Positions 1 to 10,179 of a stretch of 64,000 nucleotides of DNA are shown piece after piece (position 1 is the first letter of the stretch; each line of letters opens with the position of its first letter). Source of the stretch: Thermodesulfovibrionia bacterium (GTDB lineage Bacteria; Nitrospirota; Thermodesulfovibrionia; UBA6902); assembly GCA_947259735.1 (NCBI GenBank), contig CAMYNN010000009.1:17856-81855 (forward strand), in the 5' to 3' direction. Below the pieces are notes generated by a model. The model saw only the letters and a program-made list of their open reading frames with translations, did not search any database and was not told the DNA's origin. The position numbers and the translations under genes are program-made.

Positions 1-154
1 TTATTTGGTCTCTTCATCAACATATGCCGACTGCGATCGATTTCTACCACATCCCGATCTTTATCCGATTGTGGATCAATTAAGTACTGTGTAACAGAAT
101 ATTCGGTTAAGGTGATGTTAATGTTTGTAAAGAAGTGGTAAATTTTATGAAAGA

Positions 155-250
155 CAGGCAAGAGGCAAGAGGCTAGGGGCAAGAGGCTAGGGGCTAGAGG
201 CTAGGGGCGATAGGCACTGCTTCCCATTGCCCATGGCCTCTCGCCTCTAT
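155..250. repeat. Hairpin-forming intergenic repeat, copy A: octamer tandem array (GGCAAGAG/GCTAGGGG units) + spacer + inverted complement (CCCATGGCCTCTCGCCTCT)
   Basis: Direct reading: ggcaagaggcaagaggctaggggcaagaggctaggggctagaggctaggggcgataggc, then a 14-nt spacer, then cccatggcctctcgcctct, which is the reverse complement of the GGCGAGAGG/GGCCATGGG-type units. Shares a GGCCATGGGC core and gaggcgagagg with the copy at 10613-10780. Overlaps the last ~19 codons of the response-regulator CDS. Confidence 0.6.
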
Positions 251-895
251 AACGTATTCGGGATTTGAAGGGTCTTTTTCTATTTTTTGCCTCAGGTGCT
301 GAATATGCACGTCGATTACCCGGCTCCATGAGTAAATCTTTGAACCCTTCCAGATATTTTTTCTGATAGTCTCTCTGCTCACGACTTCACCGCGGTGATC
401 TACAAAAAAACAGAGAAGGCTGTATTCCTTCGGTGTGAGGTCTACGGTCTCCCCGGAAACAGTAACAATACGTTTTTTGTAATCAACATGAAGTTTCCCC
501 ACTGTGACTTTCCCCTTAAGAGCAGGAGCGGTTACCCTGCGGAGGCAGGCCTTTATCCTTGCCACCAGTTCAAGGGTCTCGAAAGGTTTTACAACGTAAT
601 CGTCTGCCCCGCTTTCAAGGCCGAATACCTTGTCCGAAACCTTGTCTTTTGCTGTAAGCATGATAACAGGGATTTCCGGCATCTCCTTTCTGAGAGAGCG
701 GCAAATTTCCATTCCATCTCCATCAGGAAGCATTACATCAAGAATAATCAGGTCAGGAACACTTTTTGTCAGCAATTCCCGGGCATCAGTCCAGTTTTCT
801 GAAGTAATAACTTCATAATGATGAAGCTCGAGGTTTGCCTTGACCACTTTCAATATGTCCCTGTCATCGTCAACGGCAAGTATCCTGTTACCCAT
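194..895 (-). CDS. OmpR/PhoB-family response regulator (receiver + winged-helix DNA-binding domain)
   Basis: 233-aa ORF. N-terminal receiver motifs (ILAVDDDRDIL...DLIILDVMLPDGDG...IPVIMLTAKD) and a C-terminal trans_reg_C-like region (VVKPFETLELVARIKACLRR ... KEYSLLCFFVDHRGEVVSRETI). The extreme C-terminus (WEAVPIAPSL) is encoded by the adjacent repeat element. Confidence 0.9.
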   Translation of the reverse strand: MGNRILAVDDDRDILKVVKANLELHHYEVITSENWTDARELLTKSVPDLIILDVMLPDGDGMEICRSLRKEMPEIPVIMLTAKDKVSDKVFGLESGADDYVVKPFETLELVARIKACLRRVTAPALKGKVTVGKLHVDYKKRIVTVSGETVDLTPKEYSLLCFFVDHRGEVVSRETIRKNIWKGSKIYSWSRVIDVHIQHLRQKIEKDPSNPEYVIEARGHGQWEAVPIAPSL

Positions 896-973
896 CGCAG
901 CCCCCCCTGTTCATGATATGTAGTAAACTGTCAATAGTCATCATATACGGCACAGATGTGTATGACAAACAGA

Positions 974-2707
974 TCAATCATCCTCAATGGAATCCTCCTG
1001 TGCTGCCGATTTCGGTATTGTAAAATATATTGCACTTCCTTCACTACCCTCACTTGACACTTTAATTTCACCGTTATGGGCTTCAACAATACCTTTACAA
1101 ATAGCGAGACCAAGACCCGAACCGGGTCTTTTGCCTATTGTATAAAATTTATCAAATATTTTTCCCCGGACCTCCGCAGGTATTCCCGGGCCCTCATCCC
1201 TCAAGGTCACAGTAACATTCTCTGGCCCTTCCCTTACCGTTATCTGGACATCAGCGTTGTCAGGACTGAAGTTTATCGCATTTGATATGAGATTTATCAG
1301 GACCTGCCCTATTCTGTCCTGATCTGCAGAAACAAGAATATTGGGGTTTGCCACGATTTTAAAAGTAATGTTTCTCTCATTTGTCAGGGACTGAAAACTG
1401 ATGATCACTTCTTTTATAAGTGAAAGGATATTCACCTTTGAGTAATCAAGGTCGAACATACCTGATTCGATACGCTCGAGATCGAGCGTATCATTCACCA
1501 TTCTCATAAGCCTGTCTGCGTTCTTTTTAATGACATCGAGGAATTCCATAATATCCCGCTTGTCGCCGCCGCCTTGAGCAATTGTTGGAACCTTGACAGT
1601 CAGATAGTCCATCGCACCTTTTATAGAGGTCATGGGGGTCCTTAACTCATGTGAGATCTTGGCAATAAAATCAGATTTTTTTTCGTTCAATTCTGTTAAT
1701 CGCTGATTTGCCTGTTCAAGGTTATTCGTGGCTTCCCGGACTTTATTCTCGAGGCCCGCATGGTACTCTGTGAGGGTTCCGGACATTTCAACGAAGGAGT
1801 TACTGAGGTCCTCCAGTTCATCACCGGTACTGACCGTAGTTGTTTGGGAGTTCGTCCCTTTTGAGAAATTATTAATTGAAGTCTTTAATTCATTCACAGG
1901 TCGTATCACGAGCTCTTTCATCATCACAAAAAGTACAATCATCAATACGCCAATTGTCAGGCTGCTCGCCAGTATCACGTTCCTTCTGCCTGACTTAATC
2001 ATCTGAAAAGCCGATTCCATGGGGATCGTTACACTTATTGCTCCTCTCACGTCTCCGATATTATATCCCTGATGAGAGTGGCACTTGAGGCATGGCTTTT
2101 CCACATAGAGAGGGGCTATGTATCGATAAAAGAAATGAGAATTATTTTTTTCAATTTTTACGGCTTCCTTTGTCCCCAGGGCTTCAAAATCCATTAATGC
2201 GGTCTTTTCAAATTCATCAGGAGCGTTTTCCGGATTAATGAGCTTCAGGCTGGTAATGTGAAACCAGTAGAGTCCTTTTTCACCGGCGTACTTTGAGAGT
2301 TCCTTGGTAACCATTGCCGGGCTCTGCTTTAAGTATTTTTTTCCCCGGGCATCGATGATCTCCGGGACATTAAGGTAGGGACTCGGTTCTTTCCACGGGA
2401 CATTTTCAATAAATATACCTCCATGGTCCGCAATCCATCTCCGGGTCAGCACAATCTGTCTAAATAAGGCTTTTGCCTCATGGCCAACCTGTTCCATGAC
2501 AAGGGTTCTATTGTTCCTGTCAATGAAATAAAGAGTAACTCCCATTGCGATAGTCAATAAAAGGGCAACTCCAATAACAAATTTCAGGCTGAGGCTGATT
2601 TTCAGTGCTCTGAATTTTTTTAATAGCTGTCTGACTGTCCGCATAGAGAAATAATAATGATAGCCTGATGCATCCTTTTTTAGATTGTATTCCCTATCCA
2701 ATATCAA
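974..2707 (-). CDS. Sensor histidine kinase with periplasmic haem-c (CxxCH) sensor domain (Tll0287/DUF3365-like), HAMP, HisKA, HATPase
   Basis: 577-aa ORF. Two transmembrane segments flank a ~190-aa periplasmic domain containing CLKCH. Followed by the H-box ISHELRTPMTSIKG and the N/G boxes of HATPase_c (NLISNAINFS...DEGPGIP...GSGLGLAICK). The annotated start is a TTG; alternative ATG starts lie a few codons in. Confidence 0.85.
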   Translation of the reverse strand: MILDREYNLKKDASGYHYYFSMRTVRQLLKKFRALKISLSLKFVIGVALLLTIAMGVTLYFIDRNNRTLVMEQVGHEAKALFRQIVLTRRWIADHGGIFIENVPWKEPSPYLNVPEIIDARGKKYLKQSPAMVTKELSKYAGEKGLYWFHITSLKLINPENAPDEFEKTALMDFEALGTKEAVKIEKNNSHFFYRYIAPLYVEKPCLKCHSHQGYNIGDVRGAISVTIPMESAFQMIKSGRRNVILASSLTIGVLMIVLFVMMKELVIRPVNELKTSINNFSKGTNSQTTTVSTGDELEDLSNSFVEMSGTLTEYHAGLENKVREATNNLEQANQRLTELNEKKSDFIAKISHELRTPMTSIKGAMDYLTVKVPTIAQGGGDKRDIMEFLDVIKKNADRLMRMVNDTLDLERIESGMFDLDYSKVNILSLIKEVIISFQSLTNERNITFKIVANPNILVSADQDRIGQVLINLISNAINFSPDNADVQITVREGPENVTVTLRDEGPGIPAEVRGKIFDKFYTIGKRPGSGLGLAICKGIVEAHNGEIKVSSEGSEGSAIYFTIPKSAAQEDSIEDD

Positions 2708-3088
2708 GTCAAACCATTTCAGCCGCTCTGAAGGACCATCCTTCTGTTTTTAAAATTCTTATACCAATATTAAACCCCTATCATATTAACCTTGAAAACT
2801 CTACACTTTTGAAAGAAGCACTGGAGTAGCAAAACATAAAATTTACTGTTTCTTAACATATTTTAACAGCACATTTACAGCCAAGTCTGGTACCTTTTTA
2901 CTATGTTTGGTGATATTTCGGTCATACAGAAACAGAAATTAATTATCAGATTGCACAACCCGATCTTTTACATTTTGAAATCTGATCTGAACAAGAGGGG
3001 GAATATACCTTTTGTTATCTAATACAAAGAGTTTCTTTCCTATACTGTTAAACATTATTCTCATCATGAATCAAAAAGGAGGCCTACT

Positions 3089-5863
3089 ATGAAAGTGTCA
3101 AGAAGGGACTTTCTGAAAACCACGGCAGCCGTTAGTGCTGCAGCCGCTGTCGGCATGGCTGTACCCGATGAATTAAAGGCAGTCGCAAAGGAAACAGAGG
3201 CCGGATGGCGATGGGACAAAGCCGTATGCAGGTTCTGCGGCACCGGATGCGGCATCATGGTTGCGACAAAGAATGACATGATCGTAGCGGTCAAGGGCGA
3301 TCCCCTTGCACCGGTCAATATGGGATTGAACTGTATTAAGGGCTACTTCAATGCCAAGATCATGTACGGTGCGGACAGGCTCTCAGAACCCCTGCTCAGG
3401 GTGAATGAAAAAGGTGCGTTTGATAAGAAGGGCAAGTTCAAACCCATTACATGGGAGCGGGCCTTTGATGAAATGTCAAAGCAGTTCAAGAAATACTACA
3501 CCGAATTGGGGCCGACAGGCGTATCTGTATTCGGTTCAGGTCAATATACGATCATGGAAGGGGTAGCAGCTGTCAAGTTAATGAAAGCCGGATTACGAAG
3601 CAATCATATCGATCCGAACGCCCGTCACTGCATGGCAAGCGCGGTCGTCGGTTTTATCCAGACATTCGGCATTGATGAACCGGCAGGTAATTACGACGAT
3701 ATGCACTATGCCGATTCAGTAGTCCTCTGGGGGGCCAACATGTCAGAGATGCATCCAGTTCTCTGGTCCAAGGTAATGGACAGAAAGCTGAGCAAACCCG
3801 ACCGGGTAAAAATTGTCAACCTCTCCACCTATACAAACAGGTGCTCTGACCTTGCTGATCTCGAAATAATTTTCAAGCCGAACACCGACCTCGCCATCCT
3901 CAATTACATCGCACGTGAAATAGTCTATAACCGTCCCGAAGCTATTGACTGGGACTTTGTCAATCAAAATTGCATTTTCGCGACCGGACCGGTAGATATC
4001 GGATACGGTATGAGAGGTCAGGTCGATCACCCAAAATTTAAAGCACGTGAAAAAGATACAGTGGCCCGTGAGGTTTCCAAAGTTATTACAAAAGATGAGG
4101 CCCACGCTATGAGTTCCCTGGGATTTAAGCCCGGCCAGAAAATGGAAATGAAAAACACAAAGAAACCGGTCAAGCACTGGGCAATCAGCTTTGAGGACTT
4201 TAAAAAGGGCCTCGAACCTTATACCCTGGATTTTGTGGCGCAGCTCGCAAAGGGTGACGCCGATGAGTCCATTGATGATTTCAAGAAGAAGCTTGTGCAG
4301 CTCGTGGATTATTATGCGGCAAAGGACAGAAAGGCCGTCAGTTTCTGGACCATGGGCTTTAACCAGCATGTCCGCGGTTCCTGGGTAAATGAGCAGATGT
4401 ATATGGTCCACCTTCTTCTCGGCAAACAGGCTCAGCCGGGCAACGGCGCCTTCAGTCTCACCGGCCAGCCGAGCGCCTGCGGAACTGCGAGAGAGGTCGG
4501 CACATTTGCTCACCGGTTACCTGCAGACATGGTCGTGACAAACCCGAAACACAGGGCAAAGTCGGAAAAGCTGTGGAAGCTTCCCGAAGGAACTCTCAAC
4601 CCCGTCGTTGGTTCACATTACACGAAAATCATGAGGGACCTTGAAGACGGAAAGATCAAGTGGACATGGGTACAGGTCAATAACCCCTGGCAGAACACTG
4701 CCAATATGAGTCACTGGATCAAAGCGGCACGGGAGATGGATAACTTCATTGTTGTTTCGGAGGTATACCCCGGAATATCGGCAAAGGTAGCTGACCTGAT
4801 CCTGCCCACTGCAATGATATTTGAAAAGTGGGGAGCATACGGAAACGCAGAGCGGAGGACCCAGCACTGGAAACAGCAGGTGACCCCGATAGGCAAGTCA
4901 ATGTCCGATACGTGGCAGACAGTGGAGTTCGCAAAGAGATTCACCCTTGCCGAAGTCTGGAAGGAACAGAAAATTAATGACAAGGTTACGCTGCCGAATG
5001 TCCTGGCCAAAGCAAAGGCAATGGGATATAAAGAAACAGACACCCTGTTCGATGTGCTCTTTGCAAATAAGGAGGCACGGTCATATAAGTGGCCCGACCC
5101 GGTCGGAAAAGGGTTCATCAATTCTGAAGCAGGAGGAGATAAGCGGGATGTAGAAGGTTTCAAAGGTTATGGTTTCTTCATTCAGAAATATCTCTGGGAA
5201 GATTACAGAAAGTTCGGCCTTGGCAACGGACACGACCTTGCCGATTTTGACACCTATCACAAGGTAAGGGGATTAAAATGGCCCGTCGTGAACGGTAAAG
5301 AGACAGAGTGGAGGTTCAATGCTGATTATGATCCCTACGCAAAGGCGGCCAACCACGGCAAGTTCGCTTTTTACGGCAAAGCTCTCAAGGAAATACCACA
5401 GGGCGATCTTTTCGGCCCGACAAAAGGAAAAGAAAAGGTAAAGCTGCCCAATAAGGCAAAGATATTCCTGAGGCATTATGCAGAAGCGGCTGAGATCCCG
5501 AATAAGGAATACCCGCTCTGGCTCTGCACCGGAAGAGTACTCGAGCACTGGCACAGCGGAACAATGACAATGCGCGTACCTGAACTGTACCGTGCAGTCC
5601 CTGAGGCACTCTGCTCTATGAATCCGAAAGATGCGAAAGACAATGGATTGAAAGACGGCCAGCTTGTCTGGATTGAATCAAGAAGGGGAAAAATCAAGTC
5701 AAGGATTGAAACGAGAGGAAGGAACAATCCTCCCCGCGGCCTGATTTTCGTGCCCTGGTTTGATGAGCGCGTCCTGATCAATAAAGTAACCCTTGATGCG
5801 ACGTGTCCGATGTCAAAAGAAACGGACTTCAAGAAATGCGCGGTGAAGATTTATAAAGCATAA
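3089..5863 (+). CDS. napA: Periplasmic nitrate reductase catalytic subunit NapA (Mo-bisMGD, Tat-exported)
   Basis: 924 aa. Twin-arginine signal [15 protein letters not shown]. 4Fe-4S motif [12 protein letters not shown], and the NapA-diagnostic stretch [17 protein letters not shown]...KIMYGADRL. Good RBS aaaaaggagg. Length matches Epsilon/Delta-type NapA. Confidence 0.95.
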   Translation: MKVSRRDFLKTTAAVSAAAAVGMAVPDELKAVAKETEAGWRWDKAVCRFCGTGCGIMVATKNDMIVAVKGDPLAPVNMGLNCIKGYFNAKIMYGADRLSEPLLRVNEKGAFDKKGKFKPITWERAFDEMSKQFKKYYTELGPTGVSVFGSGQYTIMEGVAAVKLMKAGLRSNHIDPNARHCMASAVVGFIQTFGIDEPAGNYDDMHYADSVVLWGANMSEMHPVLWSKVMDRKLSKPDRVKIVNLSTYTNRCSDLADLEIIFKPNTDLAILNYIAREIVYNRPEAIDWDFVNQNCIFATGPVDIGYGMRGQVDHPKFKAREKDTVAREVSKVITKDEAHAMSSLGFKPGQKMEMKNTKKPVKHWAISFEDFKKGLEPYTLDFVAQLAKGDADESIDDFKKKLVQLVDYYAAKDRKAVSFWTMGFNQHVRGSWVNEQMYMVHLLLGKQAQPGNGAFSLTGQPSACGTAREVGTFAHRLPADMVVTNPKHRAKSEKLWKLPEGTLNPVVGSHYTKIMRDLEDGKIKWTWVQVNNPWQNTANMSHWIKAAREMDNFIVVSEVYPGISAKVADLILPTAMIFEKWGAYGNAERRTQHWKQQVTPIGKSMSDTWQTVEFAKRFTLAEVWKEQKINDKVTLPNVLAKAKAMGYKETDTLFDVLFANKEARSYKWPDPVGKGFINSEAGGDKRDVEGFKGYGFFIQKYLWEDYRKFGLGNGHDLADFDTYHKVRGLKWPVVNGKETEWRFNADYDPYAKAANHGKFAFYGKALKEIPQGDLFGPTKGKEKVKLPNKAKIFLRHYAEAAEIPNKEYPLWLCTGRVLEHWHSGTMTMRVPELYRAVPEALCSMNPKDAKDNGLKDGQLVWIESRRGKIKSRIETRGRNNPPRGLIFVPWFDERVLINKVTLDATCPMSKETDFKKCAVKIYKA

Positions 5864-6026
5864 AAAGAAAGATAAACAACAAATTTCAAGCACCAAATAA
5901 CAAATAAATAACAATGATCAAATTTCAAACACATGTTTCGCTCATTGGATTCTGGAATTTATTTGGAGCTTGTTATTTATAATTTGGAATTTCACACAAT
6001 AAGGGACTGAAGGTGTTTGAACATAG

Positions 6027-6848
6027 ATGCTTAAAAAGAAAAGGCAGAATAGTGAGGTAGCAATGCCTGAACGAAGAGAGTTTCTGCTTAAGGCTTGTAA
6101 AGGAATCGGAGTTGCTGCAACTGGCGGACTGGTATGGAGCGGCTTCATTGGAGAAGGCAAATCCGCGCCGTTGATGCTCAGGCCTCCGGGTGCTGTGCCG
6201 GAAAAGGATTTTATTGCTTCATGCATAAAGTGCGGAATGTGTGTTGAGGCATGCCCTTATGATACATTGGTTCTTGCTAAACCGGAAGACGATAAACCAA
6301 TCGGAACTCCTTATTTCACACCGAGAACCATCCCCTGTTACATGTGTAAAGACATACCCTGTGTCCCGGCCTGCCCGACAGGGTCACTTGATCAATCCCT
6401 GGTAAGTGAAACAAATAAAGAGGGTGAACTGATACTGAACGTCGATCTTGCAAAAATCGGGCTTGCTGTGATTGACCGTGAGACATGTATTGCATATGCC
6501 GGGATTCAATGTGACGCCTGTTACCGTGCCTGCCCTTTAATTGGCAAAGCCATAACTGTTGATTTCACGAGAAACGTACGGACAGGCAAGCATGCAATGC
6601 GTGCCCCCGTGGTGCACAGTGATGTTTGTACCGGGTGCGGTGTCTGCGAAAAGGCATGCGTTACTCAAAAGGCTTCAATTTTTGTATTGCCGAGGAACAT
6701 TGCCATGGGAGAGTCAAGCGAGCGGTATTTTAAGGGCTGGGACGAGCGCGATGTGGAACGAATAAAAGATGCCACAACTGAAGTTACGACGAAAACACCA
6801 AGGAGCGACAGGGCACCCGTTGATTATCTGAACGAGGAAGATTTGTAA
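6027..6848 (+). CDS. napG: Ferredoxin-type protein NapG (Tat signal, four [4Fe-4S] motifs)
   Basis: 273 aa. RREFLLKACKGIG Tat-like signal. Four CxxCxxCxxxCP-type cluster motifs (CIKCGMCVEACP, CYMCKDIPCVPACP, CDACYRACP, CTGCGVCEKAC). Position immediately after napA. Confidence 0.88.
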   Translation: MLKKKRQNSEVAMPERREFLLKACKGIGVAATGGLVWSGFIGEGKSAPLMLRPPGAVPEKDFIASCIKCGMCVEACPYDTLVLAKPEDDKPIGTPYFTPRTIPCYMCKDIPCVPACPTGSLDQSLVSETNKEGELILNVDLAKIGLAVIDRETCIAYAGIQCDACYRACPLIGKAITVDFTRNVRTGKHAMRAPVVHSDVCTGCGVCEKACVTQKASIFVLPRNIAMGESSERYFKGWDERDVERIKDATTEVTTKTPRSDRAPVDYLNEEDL

Positions 6849-6858
6849 TTGTAGGGGC

Positions 6859-7698
6859 ATGGCATGCCATGCCCCTACAGGACCTTATGAAATGAGAAAA
6901 TATAAATACCTCATATCAAGAAGAAGCACACAAATCGTAATCCTCTTCCTGTTCTTCTCCGGAAACGCATACGGCTGGCAGATTTTGAGGGGCAACCTGA
7001 GCTCGGCAAAGGTGTTTGGTGCAATTCCTCTGTCAGATCCCTTTGCAGTGCTGCAGAGTTTGTCTGCAGGGGCTTCTCCTGCCACAGATGCCATAATTGG
7101 AGCTCTGATTATATTCCTCATCTATGCTCTCCTCGGCGGCAGGATATTCTGCGCCTGGGTATGTCCTTTAAATATGGTCACAGACCTTGCCAATAAAATC
7201 AGAACGATGTGGAACATGAATTCGACACAGAAATCATGGGAGATGAAACGGGAAGTACGCTACTGGGTAATAGCCTTATCCTTGGTGCTATCGGCCATTC
7301 TCGGAGTTGCAGCCTTTGAATGGATAAGCCCCATAGGAGCGCTGCACAGAGGAATCATATACGGACTCGGGGCCGGATGGGCTTTTGTCATGGTCGTCTT
7401 TTTATTTGATCTGTTTGCCGTGAAAAACGGATTTTGCGGACACCTCTGCCCTCTTGGCGGTTTTTATTCCCTCATCGGCCGTTTCGGTTTTTTGCGTATC
7501 GGTTATGACAAGGATAAATGCAGTTCCTGTATGAAGTGTATTGATATCTGTCCTGAAAAACAGGTCCTGCACATGGTAGGGAAACAGAGCGGGGCCGTCC
7601 TTTCCGGAGAATGTATAAATTGCGGGAGATGCATTGAAGTATGTGACGAAGATGCAGTGAGGTTCAGCAGCATCTATCCAAAAAATATCAAATCATAA
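6859..7698 (+). CDS. napH: Membrane quinol dehydrogenase subunit NapH (polytopic, two C-terminal [4Fe-4S] motifs)
   Basis: 279 aa. Several hydrophobic helices plus CxxC motifs (CAWVCP, CGHLCP) and C-terminal CSSCMKCIDICP / CINCGRCIEVC. Gene order napG-napH. Start codon uncertain (MRKYKYL at 6892 is an alternative). Confidence 0.85.
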   Translation: MACHAPTGPYEMRKYKYLISRRSTQIVILFLFFSGNAYGWQILRGNLSSAKVFGAIPLSDPFAVLQSLSAGASPATDAIIGALIIFLIYALLGGRIFCAWVCPLNMVTDLANKIRTMWNMNSTQKSWEMKREVRYWVIALSLVLSAILGVAAFEWISPIGALHRGIIYGLGAGWAFVMVVFLFDLFAVKNGFCGHLCPLGGFYSLIGRFGFLRIGYDKDKCSSCMKCIDICPEKQVLHMVGKQSGAVLSGECINCGRCIEVCDEDAVRFSSIYPKNIKS

Positions 7699-7713
7699 AT
7701 AAAGGAGGGATTC

Positions 7714-8283
7714 ATGATGAAAGCAAAAAACACACAGTCCTTGATTCTTATCATTGCTCTTCTCATAGCCGCCGGAGCAACCTTGGTGTTTGCTGAATCA
7801 AAGCCGTACGTTTATGCCGAGACAAGGACGTACGATGAAGAAGAACTTGGCATCAGACAGGAATCACTTTATAATGAGAGGGATACCTATCCTGCTCAGG
7901 GATATAAAACAACGCTGGAGCCGGGAGAAAGCGAAAGGTTTCAAAGATCATTTGAAAACAGTCCCCCGCTGGTTCCCCATGACCTGACCGGAATGTTGCC
8001 CTTGGGCCGGGAACCTATCTGTCTGGACTGTCACATGCCTGAAGAGGCAGTCAGCATGGGAGCAACTCCTCTGCCGAAATCTCATTTTGTCGAACTCGGG
8101 ACAGGAACGGATCTAAAGGGCAAACTGGACGGTGATCGTTACAACTGCTTACAGTGCCATGTCACACAGAACAGGATTTCGCCCCCGATTGCAAATCTCT
8201 TCAAAGGAGAGTTCAGGAGCGAAGACTCACGCCACAGATCAAACCTGCTCAGCATCTTAAACGAAGGAGTAGAAGCTGATTAA
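7714..8283 (+). CDS. napB: Dihaem cytochrome c NapB (small subunit of periplasmic nitrate reductase)
   Basis: 189 aa. N-terminal signal peptide (LILIIALLIAAGATLVFA). Two CxxCH motifs (CLDCHMP, CLQCHV). RBS aaaggaggg. Confidence 0.85.
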   Translation: MMKAKNTQSLILIIALLIAAGATLVFAESKPYVYAETRTYDEEELGIRQESLYNERDTYPAQGYKTTLEPGESERFQRSFENSPPLVPHDLTGMLPLGREPICLDCHMPEEAVSMGATPLPKSHFVELGTGTDLKGKLDGDRYNCLQCHVTQNRISPPIANLFKGEFRSEDSRHRSNLLSILNEGVEAD

Positions 8284-8300
8284 ATCAAAAGGAGCTATTC

Positions 8301-8600
8301 ATGAACGTATCGAGTGTTGTCGTGCAGACAAAAGCAGAGCACCTGCAGGAGGTCATGGACACTATTAATGCATACGAACTTTGTGAAGTTCATTTCTATG
8401 ATTCCGAAGGAAAGATCGTTGCAACAATAGAAGGGGATGACATTGGAGAGCAAATGGAGAAATTGAAAAAAATTCAGAGCATACCATCCGTATTCAATGC
8501 GAACCTTGCATATTCGTATTGCGAAGATGAGTTGACCCAGATTCTGGGACAACTCGAAAGTACAGGAGGGGAAGTCCCCTCGGAATTAAAGGAAACATAA
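8301..8600 (+). CDS. napD: NapD chaperone (NapA maturation / Tat proofreading)
   Basis: 99 aa. The N-terminus VSSVVVQTKAEHLQEV resembles the E. coli NapD N-terminus (VCSLVVQAKSERI). Size and position at the end of the nap operon fit. Confidence 0.8.
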   Translation: MNVSSVVVQTKAEHLQEVMDTINAYELCEVHFYDSEGKIVATIEGDDIGEQMEKLKKIQSIPSVFNANLAYSYCEDELTQILGQLESTGGEVPSELKET

Positions 8601-8898
8601 AATGCCCGGCATTTATTATGATTCAGATATCAGAGCGCATCACAGTGCTGCCCGGCATGGATAAGGAATCACATTCTCCACAATACAAAGGAGAGAGGCC
8701 CTTTTTTTATCCTATCCCGGTTCTTTTCCTGCTCCTATGTCAAAAAAACGGCACATTTCACTCTCAACAGCAGCCGAAGTAGAGAGTTTTGAAGAGGATG
8801 AGTGCATTATTTACGGGGAGTTAGAATATTCATTGTGTTTGGCATGGCTATTGCATTTTCAGTGTTGAGATAAAGTATTTGTTATCAACGAGGAGATT

Positions 8899-10158
8899 AT
8901 GCGCATTGCAGATGTCATGAAAGTTTCCGGTGCACCGGATGATAAAGCACACCAGAAGAATAAGAATGATACCGGATTTTCCAGAGTACTTGATAATGTT
9001 GCACAGGCGGAAGGAGAGCCCTTAAAGAGTGACAACATAATTGAACTCGGCAGGATCAGCAGGGAAACCCCTACGGTATCCCATATCCTCAAAAAACATC
9101 CGGATTTTACCGGAAAATGCTGGGACATCATTTTTTCTTCTTTAAACAGGGGCAAAGAGTTCAGTAAGATGCGCGAAGGGACAGTGGTTGCCCTGAAGAC
9201 TGACAGCAATGAACTGGTCTGGGGGAAAACCCTTTCTCCCATGAAAGGAAATGCGCGTGTTCAGTCTTCTGAACAGGGAGAGAATACGTCACAGGGATCG
9301 GGACTGCAGAATAATTCCATTATCATAGGCACCATAAGCAGGGATAACCCGACGGTCTCACATTTATTGCATGCACATTCAGAATTCAGGGCATTTACCT
9401 ATGACATCATCAACTCTCCTGCAAACCATACTATGAATTATACCTCCCTGAGGCCCGGGACAAAGGTAGCCATTGACCCTGAGACAATGAAACTGACTTT
9501 TATGAATAATCATAAATCAACGCCGGACTCGCAAACAGTTCTGGCAAGACTGCCTGAACAGAGTCCCGCCGGGGAAAATATCAATCATGCATCCCTTGCC
9601 GATGCGGTGAAAACCTATATCGGTACGCCCTATAATAAAATAGACTGCTACGGACTTGTTGTGAGAGGCCTTATGAATCAGGGCATTCAGTACACAGGAC
9701 AGGGGGGACTGAGAGAAATGCTCGAAAGCACAGCTGCAGATAAGGGTATTGCCCAGAACGCCTATTTCAACGGTGAAGGACTAGTTGAAATAGCAGGCAC
9801 AAGAATATTCTCAAAATCAATGCAGAATATTTCCAATGCAGGGGAGAAGACAGAAGAGATTTATTCTGAAGTAGCGCCGCATCTTCGGGAAGGTCTCATC
9901 CTGTCCTTTTCCACACCGACACGCGGGCATACGGGAATCGTATCCAGGCAGGGGAATGACTGGACCTACATAAATTCAGGTGTCATTGACAATCAAATTT
10001 CTCCCGGCAGGGTTTCAAAAAGAGTGGGAGAAGAATTTCTCAAGGCAGAGATAAACAACTGGTGTAAACTGGCCGCTGGCAGAAAGGAACCGCTCATGGT
10101 CACCATCGGCCACCTGGACGGACAACTGCAACGTTCCAACGGATCTGAAAAGATTTAG
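8899..10158 (+). CDS. Hypothetical protein with C-terminal NlpC/P60-like cysteine peptidase domain and two N-terminal internal repeats
   Basis: 419 aa. YIGTPYNKIDCYGLVVRGL (P60 catalytic Cys context) and RGHTGIVSRQGNDWTYINSG (His). The repeated segments I(I)ELGRISRETPTVSHILKKHPDF and IIGTISRDNPTVSHLLHAHSEF. No signal peptide. RBS gaggag. Confidence 0.6.
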   Translation: MRIADVMKVSGAPDDKAHQKNKNDTGFSRVLDNVAQAEGEPLKSDNIIELGRISRETPTVSHILKKHPDFTGKCWDIIFSSLNRGKEFSKMREGTVVALKTDSNELVWGKTLSPMKGNARVQSSEQGENTSQGSGLQNNSIIIGTISRDNPTVSHLLHAHSEFRAFTYDIINSPANHTMNYTSLRPGTKVAIDPETMKLTFMNNHKSTPDSQTVLARLPEQSPAGENINHASLADAVKTYIGTPYNKIDCYGLVVRGLMNQGIQYTGQGGLREMLESTAADKGIAQNAYFNGEGLVEIAGTRIFSKSMQNISNAGEKTEEIYSEVAPHLREGLILSFSTPTRGHTGIVSRQGNDWTYINSGVIDNQISPGRVSKRVGEEFLKAEINNWCKLAAGRKEPLMVTIGHLDGQLQRSNGSEKI

Positions 10159-10179
10159 CGAAAAGAGCGACTTCCCATG

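Noticed and set aside
1-150. Possible 3' end of a minus-strand gene at the window start (sequence begins with TTA)
   Set aside because: The frame ending at this TAA is interrupted by a stop after ~20 codons and contains no ATG, so there is no real gene here.
3743-5832. Multiple 60-256-aa ORFs antisense to or overlapping napA (for example 3743..4513, 4711..5163, 5476..5832)
   Set aside because: They lie fully inside the strongly supported napA CDS on the other strand or in other frames and have no recognisable domains. They are typical spurious ORFs.
8859-9242. 127-aa minus-strand ORF
   Set aside because: It lies entirely inside the NlpC/P60-like plus-strand CDS, which has an RBS and domain support, and the antisense ORF has no motifs.
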